From Pseudobdellovibrionaceae bacterium (GTDB lineage Bacteria > Bdellovibrionota > Bdellovibrionia > Bdellovibrionales > Bdellovibrionaceae): DNA of 64,000 nt. Shown here piece after piece: positions 38,879 through 46,787 of the stretch. Where the stretch lies: NCBI GenBank assembly GCA_044359815.1, contig JBIKLL010000006.1, positions 11,034-75,033 on the forward strand. Direction: 5' to 3'. Numbering within the stretch: position 1 is the stretch's first letter; every line of letters begins with the position of its first letter. A model generated the notes under the pieces. It did not search any database. It was not told where the DNA came from and saw only the letters and a list, made by a program, of their open reading frames with translations. The position numbers and the translations under genes are program-made.

Positions 38879-39278
38879 CAGAGGCATCCCTGAATCTGAT
38901 GTCGACTTGCCTTCGTCGCTGCTGCAAGCGCGCCCGTCTGGGGCGTGGCCGCGGTTTTCTTGGCATCGATACTCAGCATAGTCCGCGCATCCATGCGCTC
39001 CTGTCTTCGCTGCGCTCGACCAAAAAAGTTGGGAGGTAGAGTCAGAGTCGTATCGCTTCCGTGCGACTTGAACTCTTTTAGCTTCGGCCTTTGTGATACC
39101 AATCCTTGATATCTTGCTGACCTATTGCTCCTGTTTCCTGCTAGAAACGAAATTCGAGATTCCTGACCGTCCTTGGCTCCGATCTCTAACTCGTCCCCCC
39201 CGGGCCCATGCTCCATCCATAGAGCGTGAGCTGATATTTTTATTCTAAATACAAAATCGTCAAATCCATAATTATTTT
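38879..39278 (-). ncRNA. Putative CsrA-binding (CsrB/RsmZ-like) structured RNA region within the flg operon
   Basis: 15 GGA on the minus strand versus 1 on the plus strand; ANGGA loops closed by stems such as GCGC-ATGGAT-GCGC, TCGC-ACGGAA-GCGA, GCTCT-ATGGAT-GGAGC and GATATC-AAGGATT-GGTATC. Confidence 0.55.
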
Positions 39279-40289
39279 TCACAAAACTTCAAGCTCCCCG
39301 TGCAAAGCTCCAGCTGCCTTGATCGACTGAAGTATAGTCACCAAGTCTTTAGGACTGACTCCCAGCCGATTCAGCGCCTGTACTAGGTCTCCGACGTTCA
39401 CACCCGAGTCCAGTACCATGACTTTTTCCTCGGCCGTTTCTTTGGAATCTTTTCCGGATTTTTTGTCAGCGACTTTCACCGACAGATTTCCGTGGGCAAT
39501 AGCGACCTTGGAAATTTTAACTTTGTCACCAATGATGACAGTACCTGTTTTTTCATTGATCACCACTCGCGCTTTTGAGTCAGGATTCACATTGATGGCC
39601 TCGATGGTTGCTAACAGCTCAACACCCTTACCCTCGTAGGCAAATGGAGTGATCACATCAATGGTTCCGGCGTCTTTTGCCGAAGCATACTGACCGCTCA
39701 GTTCTTTGTTGATGGTCAATGCCGTTCTGGCTGCAGTGATAAAATCAGGATTGTGCAATGTCAGTCTGAACATTTTGCGACTGGCAAAATCAGAACTGAT
39801 GTCGCGTTCGATGATTCCACCATTGGGCACTCTGCCAACTGTTGTGTGTGCGGATTTGTCTCCGCCTCCTATAACAATCGACCCTTGTGCCACCGCAAAA
39901 ACTTGCTCATTCGCAGCTCTTAGCGGCGTTTGCAACAGGACACCGCCTTCCAGCGATGCCGAATCCCCTAATGCACTGACCGTAACATCCAGGGGATTTC
40001 CGGCTTTACTGAATGCCGGCAGATTAGCTGTAACGATGACGGCTGCAACGTTTTTGGATTCGACCTGCTGGTTGTCCAGTTTGACTCCCAGTTTGTCCAA
40101 CATTCGCCCCAAGGATTTAGATGTGAATTCGCTTTTGCCATCGCCAGTGCCCTTTAAGCCCACCACAATTCCATAACCGACCAGCTGGTTTTCACGCACT
40201 CCACGGATGCTTGAAATGTCTTTCAACCTTGCGGCTTCCGACAAAAATCCCACTAACACAAAACAAGTTATAAAAAATAAATTTCTCAC
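39279..40289 (-). CDS. flgI: Flagellar P-ring protein
   Basis: RLKDI..I.GVRENQLVGYGIVVGLKGTGD; INEKTGTVI; AAGALHGEL. Confidence 0.97.
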   Translation of the reverse strand: MRNLFFITCFVLVGFLSEAARLKDISSIRGVRENQLVGYGIVVGLKGTGDGKSEFTSKSLGRMLDKLGVKLDNQQVESKNVAAVIVTANLPAFSKAGNPLDVTVSALGDSASLEGGVLLQTPLRAANEQVFAVAQGSIVIGGGDKSAHTTVGRVPNGGIIERDISSDFASRKMFRLTLHNPDFITAARTALTINKELSGQYASAKDAGTIDVITPFAYEGKGVELLATIEAINVNPDSKARVVINEKTGTVIIGDKVKISKVAIAHGNLSVKVADKKSGKDSKETAEEKVMVLDSGVNVGDLVQALNRLGVSPKDLVTILQSIKAAGALHGELEVL

Positions 40290-41014
40290 TGCTGACTCCT
40301 CCTGATGCTAACGACTTCGTACTGTGGATCAATCAGTTTATTTGAACTGACACCGTCATCATTAAAATCCTCGGGCCTGATCACACCTGTGATGATGACG
40401 TTGTATTCTCGCTTACCAATCATAAATGGCTGACCACCTTTGATTCGGTAATTTCCGTCAGCCAGTTTTTCGATGATCTTGGTTGGAACTGCATCCAGCG
40501 ACAATGGTTCTTCTTTGTCGTCCTTGGATGCCGGTGCTCTGGAAACATCGGCTTTTTTACCGTCTTCTTTGGCTTTGTCACCATCAGCACTGGCAGTTTT
40601 TAATGGGATTTGTTTTTGTTTGCTTTCGTCTTCTTCCAATTGCTTTAACAGTTTTTTAATCACACTGACTTTTGTATCAACTTGCTTTTGAGCCATGCCT
40701 TCCAGTTTTACTTTTAAAATATCACCATCACGGCGGGTTTTGTTTTGGGTAAACAGATAGGCTCCTTGGCCCTCCATCACCCAAGTCGAACCAGCATGGG
40801 CATACAGCTCAGATTCTTCTTCCATCTTGGATCTGGTCATTTTGCGGTACTCGCGATTTGAGGGTACCAAAACATTTTGTTGTTCAGAAAACTTGGTCAT
40901 CCCCGCAGTCGGATCGATCGGCGCTGGTGGCTGGTCGGTTCCCCCGCCAAGCCATTTAGGCAAATAGGCACATCCGCTTAAAAACAAAAATATAATAACT
41001 AAAATATACTTCAT
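40286..41014 (-). CDS. flgH: Flagellar L-ring lipoprotein
   Basis: LSGC lipobox; GDIL.V, GNYRIKG and GVIRPED; operon position. Confidence 0.88.
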   Translation of the reverse strand: MKYILVIIFLFLSGCAYLPKWLGGGTDQPPAPIDPTAGMTKFSEQQNVLVPSNREYRKMTRSKMEEESELYAHAGSTWVMEGQGAYLFTQNKTRRDGDILKVKLEGMAQKQVDTKVSVIKKLLKQLEEDESKQKQIPLKTASADGDKAKEDGKKADVSRAPASKDDKEEPLSLDAVPTKIIEKLADGNYRIKGGQPFMIGKREYNVIITGVIRPEDFNDDGVSSNKLIDPQYEVVSIRRSQQ

Positions 41015-41961
41015 TCTAATTTCACCGTTCCTTTTTCAGTTACCTGTCCAGTGACAGATTTTTTATTGGCATCATTGCGCACCTTCACGCGATCGCCGAT
41101 GTTGCCATCCTGTTCGGCCGTACCTGTCGTGGTAATTTCGAAGGTCTCGGTGCCCACCAAGATTTTTACAACCTGACCCCTGAACAAATCAGGGACTTTC
41201 CTGACATCGTTAAAATAAATTGTTTCACCAGCTTGGATGATTCGGTTTGCGACCTTGGTGTTTACAAATTCTGGCGTTGGAACTCCGTCTTTGGCGTAGG
41301 TGGTGTTGACTTCTTTGATGTCAAAATCGTTTTCGCCAATCAGTTCGCCTGCTCGGATCAAACGTTTGGCGACCGGAGCTTTCTTGAAAACATTCACTTT
41401 TGAGTTCACCCAAAAATTCGATCTGCCCCTGGAGCTTTCAACAATCAAAGGCAAAACAAATGAATTGTTGTCTTTGATTTCTGATGTGTGCAGGCTTAAT
41501 CGCAAAATTTCTTCGTCTTTGGGGATTGTTGGTAATTTCAGTTCTGTCAGTTTCACACGGCAAGGATGGCAATGTGATTGCACAGCTGTGATGATTTGAT
41601 GACCAAAATCAGCCGTGGATAAATAATTTTTCTGTGGTTTGATTTTTACCATTGTTGGGATTTTTACCGAGATTTTTTTCAAGTCCGAAAACGAAAGTCT
41701 TTGTCTGATTGTTAACGCCAGTTCTTCGCTGGGGATCTCAAACGCTTTAGCATCCGTCGTCGCAGGATAAATCACCAGATCATAAATTTTTGATCGAAAG
41801 TCAGGGTCATCAATGTTGATTTCGGCAACCTGCCCCAGCTTTATATCGTCACCCAGCCGAACTGTTGAGGCCTCTAACACATTAACAGTGTTTTCATTGG
41901 CAAACACAAATCTGACTGACAAACCTATTAGAACCCAAACAAACAGCGACAACAGTTTCAT
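41011..41961 (-). CDS. flgA: P-ring assembly chaperone FlgA
   Basis: SAF domain; RGQVV and G.A.QDG.IGD.VKVRN; position between flgG and flgH. Confidence 0.9.
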   Translation of the reverse strand: MKLLSLFVWVLIGLSVRFVFANENTVNVLEASTVRLGDDIKLGQVAEINIDDPDFRSKIYDLVIYPATTDAKAFEIPSEELALTIRQRLSFSDLKKISVKIPTMVKIKPQKNYLSTADFGHQIITAVQSHCHPCRVKLTELKLPTIPKDEEILRLSLHTSEIKDNNSFVLPLIVESSRGRSNFWVNSKVNVFKKAPVAKRLIRAGELIGENDFDIKEVNTTYAKDGVPTPEFVNTKVANRIIQAGETIYFNDVRKVPDLFRGQVVKILVGTETFEITTTGTAEQDGNIGDRVKVRNDANKKSVTGQVTEKGTVKLE

Positions 41962-41966
41962 CTTAG

Positions 41967-42752
41967 CTACCTCAAGTTGTTTATTGATTTCAGCATTTCA
42001 TCGGCTGCTTGAATGGCCTTAGAGTTCATTTCGTAAAATCTTTGTGCCGTAATCATGTTAACCATTTCGTCAGCAATGTTTACGTTGCTGCCTTCTAGCT
42101 GACCCTGGGCCAAAAACCCTGTGCCACCCAAACCAGGTCGTGTCGTGATCGGCTGCCCACTGGCAGGAGTCAGAGTAAAAAGATTTTTACCCATAGCCTT
42201 CAATCCCGCGGGATTAACAAAATTAACTATGTCTAATTGACCAACCTGCTGCGGAGTTTGGTTTTCGCTGGTGATGATGCGCACTTCACCGGCTGATGAA
42301 ATTTCGATTCCTGAAGAATTGGCAGGGATTGTGATTTCTGGCAAAAGCACATTGCCGTTTTTATCAATGATTTTGCCCTGAGGGTCGCGCTTAAATGAAC
42401 CATCACGAGTGTAAGCAATCTGTCCATCTGGAGTTTGAATCTGGAAAAACCCTGGTCCCTCGATCTGAATGTCCAAAGGATTTTTTGTCACCTGACTGGA
42501 GCCAAAGGTAAAATCTTTCTGCACCGATGCCGTTCGTACACCCAAACCGGTTTGCACACCGGTAGGCGAAACTGAATTCGCACCTGTGGCCTGACCGGGT
42601 TCTTTGATCGTTTGATACATTAAATCTTCAAACTCAGCCCGGGATTTTTTAAATCCAGCAGTCCCGACGTTTGCGATGTTGTTCGAGATGACTTCCATAT
42701 TGGTTTGTTGGGCTTGCATCCCGGTCGCCGAAGTATTTAGTGCTTTAAGCAT
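41967..42752 (-). CDS. flgG: Flagellar distal rod protein
   Basis: ISNNIAN..TAGFK, FEDLMYQ, YTRDGSF and LEGSNV. Confidence 0.96.
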   Translation of the reverse strand: MLKALNTSATGMQAQQTNMEVISNNIANVGTAGFKKSRAEFEDLMYQTIKEPGQATGANSVSPTGVQTGLGVRTASVQKDFTFGSSQVTKNPLDIQIEGPGFFQIQTPDGQIAYTRDGSFKRDPQGKIIDKNGNVLLPEITIPANSSGIEISSAGEVRIITSENQTPQQVGQLDIVNFVNPAGLKAMGKNLFTLTPASGQPITTRPGLGGTGFLAQGQLEGSNVNIADEMVNMITAQRFYEMNSKAIQAADEMLKSINNLR

Positions 42753-42759
42753 TTAATCC

Positions 42760-43575
42760 TCACTTTACACTGCCGATTACGTTAATAAGTTTGTCATTCA
42801 TTGAATCATAGGCCTTGATTGCTTGTTGGGTGCTGTCGAACATCCTGGTCGTAGCAATCATATCCGTCATTTCTTGAACCACGTTGACGTTGCTGCCCTC
42901 TAAAAACCCCTGCTTGATCGACGGTGTCGCTACGTTAACAACCTCGGGTCTGAAATTAGGTTTAAAGGCATAATTTGAAGTTCCGATTTTGTGCAAAGAT
43001 TCTTTGTTCACCACATCGATCACTGAAATTCTGGCGATCAAGGTTTGTCCGTCATAAATATCGCCGTTGTCTTGGATCTGGATATTTTGTTTGTTTGAAA
43101 CCTGAATCACCCTTTCGTTAGGGGCCGTGCCCTCGGGTGCTGTTTTTAAAATCGGCATGCCTTGCGAATTCACCAACAATCCATTGCTGTCGACTTTCAG
43201 CGAGCCATTGCGAGTTAATCGCAGCCCCTGGGGAGTGTCGATTTCAAAAAAACCTTTACCATCCAAAGCAATGTCCAGATTGTTACCTGTGGATTTAATA
43301 CTGCCTTGTGAAAAATCAGTGTAAGTTCCAGCAGTGTCTACAAAACTTTTGTCACCGCCTTGCATGTCGTAAAAACTTTCAACTGATGCAGGAATTCTGG
43401 GGACCTTCATGACCTCGGGATCTTTTTCGTTCGAAGTTAAATATTCTTTGAAGACCTGTTGGTCTTTTTTGAATCCAGTGGTGTTTACGTTCGCCAAATT
43501 ATTTGCGATTGTATCCAATCGCAGTGATTGGGCTTTAGCCCCGCTGAGTGCTGTGTATATGCCTTTAGTGCTCAA
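42760..43575 (-). CDS. flgF: Flagellar proximal rod protein
   Basis: GIYTALSG, ANNLANVNTTGFK, TRNG and LEGSNV; TTG start at 43575 with GGGGA SD. Confidence 0.92.
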   Translation of the reverse strand: MSTKGIYTALSGAKAQSLRLDTIANNLANVNTTGFKKDQQVFKEYLTSNEKDPEVMKVPRIPASVESFYDMQGGDKSFVDTAGTYTDFSQGSIKSTGNNLDIALDGKGFFEIDTPQGLRLTRNGSLKVDSNGLLVNSQGMPILKTAPEGTAPNERVIQVSNKQNIQIQDNGDIYDGQTLIARISVIDVVNKESLHKIGTSNYAFKPNFRPEVVNVATPSIKQGFLEGSNVNVVQEMTDMIATTRMFDSTQQAIKAYDSMNDKLINVIGSVK

Positions 43576-43601
43576 GGTCCATCCCCCTACCGTCTGACAA
43601 A

Positions 43602-43617
43602 AGCAACTCTCGTGCCC
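43602..43617 (-). promoter_or_regulatory. sigma54 -24/-12 promoter of the flg operon
   Basis: Minus strand GGGCAC-GAGAG-TTGCT, about 25 nt upstream of the flgF start. Confidence 0.75.
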
Positions 43618-43795
43618 GCTGACCAACCAGTCAAAAGTCGCAGCGAAATTTTCGCATCGATAAAATAAAAGCACTAAATCATTGATACTGGTCCAAAGCC
43701 TCAGTCCAGTTGCAGAAAAAGCAGTCAAAGAAATCCTTAGGACCGTCAAAAACTTGATTCGACGGAATCATCAATCTGAGCCATACTGATCGTGT

Positions 43796-44782
43796 ATGCA
43801 AAAATCACAGCTTGTATTTGCTATTGTGTTTTTCTTTAATATCCCAATCACTCAGATGGCCAGTCATGCTTCGATCCCCGAATATTCAGCGAATCTGACT
43901 TTGAAAGAACGTCTGCAATTGCGAGTTAAAAAAAACCTGGCTGTGGACACCAGTGATTTTATTTTTGATATCCCTGTAACCATGAATCAACGGGTCAGTT
44001 TTTGGATTAATAATTTTCAATCCCGAGGTAAAAATTGGTTTCAACAGTGGCTGCAAAAATCCACCAGATACATGCCATTTATACAGAAGGAACTTAAGGC
44101 CGCAGGACTGCCACAGGATCTGGCCTATATGGTGATGATTGAAAGCGGATTTGAAGCCGCAGCCAAAAGTCACAAAGACGCCGTCGGCCCCTGGCAGTTT
44201 ATTGAAGCCACCGGTAAGCGCTACGGATTGACGGTGAATCATTGGTTGGATGAGCGCAAAGACTTTCACAAAAGCACTTTGGCAGCGATTCGATACATCA
44301 AAGATTTATACCGTGAATTTGGATCATGGTATTTGGTTGCTGCCAGCTACAACATGGGTGAAAACGGTCTGAGACGACAAATAAATAAATATATGAATCG
44401 TGATTTTTGGGCCCTGTCCAGAATCGGAGCTTTGCCTCAGGAAACTGTGGATTACGTTCCCAAGATTTTAGCTGCGATGTTGATTTCAAAATCACCGTCG
44501 CTGTATGGTTTTACTGACGTGGCAAAACTGGAACCCCTGAGCTACGATGTGGTTAGCGCCCCTGCAGGTACAAATCTGAAAGATCTTGCTGATTATTTAG
44601 GTGTGACTTACCCGTCGTTAACAAGCCTAAACACTGAACTGAATTATGCCAGCGTGCCTTTTGATGTGAAATCCCATTTAATCAAAGTCCCCAAAGGAGC
44701 TTTTGCTGTAGCGTCGAACTTTCTGAACAAAAACCTCAGACTCAGCATCGGCTCAATCACAAAAGAAAATGAAACACGATAA
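43796..44782 (+). CDS. Lytic transglycosylase (MltD-like SLT domain)
   Basis: MIESGF, AVGPWQF, ASYNMGE and ETVDYVPK. Confidence 0.92.
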   Translation: MQKSQLVFAIVFFFNIPITQMASHASIPEYSANLTLKERLQLRVKKNLAVDTSDFIFDIPVTMNQRVSFWINNFQSRGKNWFQQWLQKSTRYMPFIQKELKAAGLPQDLAYMVMIESGFEAAAKSHKDAVGPWQFIEATGKRYGLTVNHWLDERKDFHKSTLAAIRYIKDLYREFGSWYLVAASYNMGENGLRRQINKYMNRDFWALSRIGALPQETVDYVPKILAAMLISKSPSLYGFTDVAKLEPLSYDVVSAPAGTNLKDLADYLGVTYPSLTSLNTELNYASVPFDVKSHLIKVPKGAFAVASNFLNKNLRLSIGSITKENETR

Positions 44783-45782
44783 TTTAATCGTTCAAAAATA
44801 CGGTGGCGTCACCCTGTCCACGCCCGAAAAAATAAAACTGGTTGCAAAGCATTCTGTGCAGCAATTTAAATCAGGACAGCAACTGGTGATCGTCGTCAGC
44901 GCCATGGGCAATTCGACCAATGATTTAATGGCATTGGCAAAACAGGTTTCAAAAAATCCTGATCCCCGAGAGCTTGATATGTTGATTTCAACAGGCGAAC
45001 GAGTTTCGATGGCGCTATTGTGTATGGCGATCATTGATCAAGGTGTGCCCGCAATCAGTTTTACCGGCAGTCAGGCTGGCATATTGACTGACCAATCCCA
45101 TGTGGATGCCAATATCATCGAGGTTCAGCCATTGCGTGTGGTTGAGGCTTTGCAAAAAAATAAAATCGTAGTGATCGCGGGATTTCAGGGGATGAGCAAA
45201 CAGACCAAGGAAATCACAACTCTGGGTCGTGGCGGTTCAGACACTACTGCGGTGGCGATGTGTTCTGCGCTGGGGGCCAGGAGCTGTCAGATACTAAAGG
45301 ATTTTCCGGGCGTGTACACGGCTGATCCCAAGGTTGTTAAAGATGCTCAAGTGATTTCGGAATTAACCTATGATCAGTTGATCGAGATGACAGGCAGCGG
45401 AGCTAAAATGGTGCATTCGCGTGCGGCCATCATGGCCAAAGAAAAGCAAATCAAGCTCGAAATCATCGCCGCAGCCTCTAGCGACAGGACCGCTGCCGCC
45501 GGGCGGGAAGGCGGAACATCGATTTCAAAATTTTCTGATCCAAAAAAATCCAGGCCATCGATTAATGTTTTGCAGATTGATCAAAGCAGCAGTCAGGTTA
45601 CGGTGACATTGCCGGAACTGGCCTCTGATAAAAAGCTTACTGAAATTACAGCGTTTTTATCGCAGTCAAAAATCAATTTTAAATTTGATAAAACCTTTGG
45701 CCACTCAATGGCCTTTAGGGTTTCCAGCACTGACCTGGACCTCTGTTTACAATCACTGCACAAGTTTTTGATTAACACCTAG
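44769..45782 (+). CDS. lysC: Aspartate kinase (short regulatory region)
   Basis: QKYGG, VVSAMG, TLGRGGSDTTA and GVYTADP. Confidence 0.93.
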   Translation: MKHDNLIVQKYGGVTLSTPEKIKLVAKHSVQQFKSGQQLVIVVSAMGNSTNDLMALAKQVSKNPDPRELDMLISTGERVSMALLCMAIIDQGVPAISFTGSQAGILTDQSHVDANIIEVQPLRVVEALQKNKIVVIAGFQGMSKQTKEITTLGRGGSDTTAVAMCSALGARSCQILKDFPGVYTADPKVVKDAQVISELTYDQLIEMTGSGAKMVHSRAAIMAKEKQIKLEIIAAASSDRTAAAGREGGTSISKFSDPKKSRPSINVLQIDQSSSQVTVTLPELASDKKLTEITAFLSQSKINFKFDKTFGHSMAFRVSSTDLDLCLQSLHKFLINT

Positions 45783-46154
45783 CGATTTTTATAAAGCTTT
45801 AATAAAAATATGCTTCAGAATGTAATTGCAGGATTAAAATTTTAATCAGCAGTCTTTAGCGCCCCTTTTGCCTACTGGCATTCACCAGAAAAGCCCAATT
45901 TTGAATTAACTATTATGAATCAAAAAATTAATTCATTGGGATCTTTTGGCAAAACACGGCTATATTTGCCTGCTTAGCATCAGCAAAATTCTTCAAATTT
46001 CATCAATTGGCCTCAGCCCCATCATTGTCCGCAAAAGCACATTAATCACAATTTGTAACTTATGGTTTCCTATAGAGCTCATCCTTTTAACTTGTTTAAA
46101 TATTTGTTACTTCCGATTGACATCTCATCAATATATTTATACCTTCGTTCACAT

Positions 46155-46730
46155 ATGAGCCGCTCCTCCCTGCAACAATCATTGTCCAAAGAAAGCTTTT
46201 CAACCTTGAATGCTGGCTATGGCGGAAGCCTGATGACCAAGCGAAAGGGTCGCAGCTATGCCAGACCCATCAGCACCAAACACACCATGCATTTAGTTTT
46301 GCGATCCAGTAAAGCCAGCGGCCCCTGGTCGTTCAGAAAATCACAGAATGAAAAAATGATTTATCAGTTGGCGCAAAAATTTGGGCACAGATTTGCCGTT
46401 AAAATTATTTCGCTGGCCAATGTGGGCAATCATCTGCATTTTCAATTGCAGGTAACCAAGCGCCATCTGTACAAACCATTTATTCGTGCGATGACGGCGG
46501 CCATTGCAATCAAAATCACTGGGGTCAGCCGATGGACCAATGCGGGCGCACCCAGGTTGAAATTTTGGGATTACCGCCCGTTCACGCGGATAGTGACATC
46601 GTTTAAATATTTTTTAAATTTAAAGGATTATTTTCAGATCAATCAATGGGAAGGCCTGGGCACCAACCGCCAAATGGCAAGGGTGCTGATCAGCAAAGGC
46701 ATTTTGCTAAAAGAATTTTCTTCGGGTTAA
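46155..46730 (+). CDS. Y1 HUH transposase, IS200/RAYT-like, stand-alone
   Basis: MHLVLR, NVGNHLH (HUH), FW..PFTRIV and Y..IN catalytic Tyr; no adjacent tnpB. Confidence 0.75.
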   Translation: MSRSSLQQSLSKESFSTLNAGYGGSLMTKRKGRSYARPISTKHTMHLVLRSSKASGPWSFRKSQNEKMIYQLAQKFGHRFAVKIISLANVGNHLHFQLQVTKRHLYKPFIRAMTAAIAIKITGVSRWTNAGAPRLKFWDYRPFTRIVTSFKYFLNLKDYFQINQWEGLGTNRQMARVLISKGILLKEFSSG

Positions 46731-46787
46731 ACGACGGAAGTGTTTTGTTATTGGACTTTCAATTCACCTGCAGCACCAAATCCAAAA

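Noticed and set aside
43576..43749. 58-aa N-terminal extension of FlgF
   Set aside because: Overlaps the sigma54 promoter; family homology begins at TTG 43575
45783..46787. Complete IS200/IS605 element
   Set aside because: No tnpB and no clear subterminal hairpins; only the Y1 gene is supported
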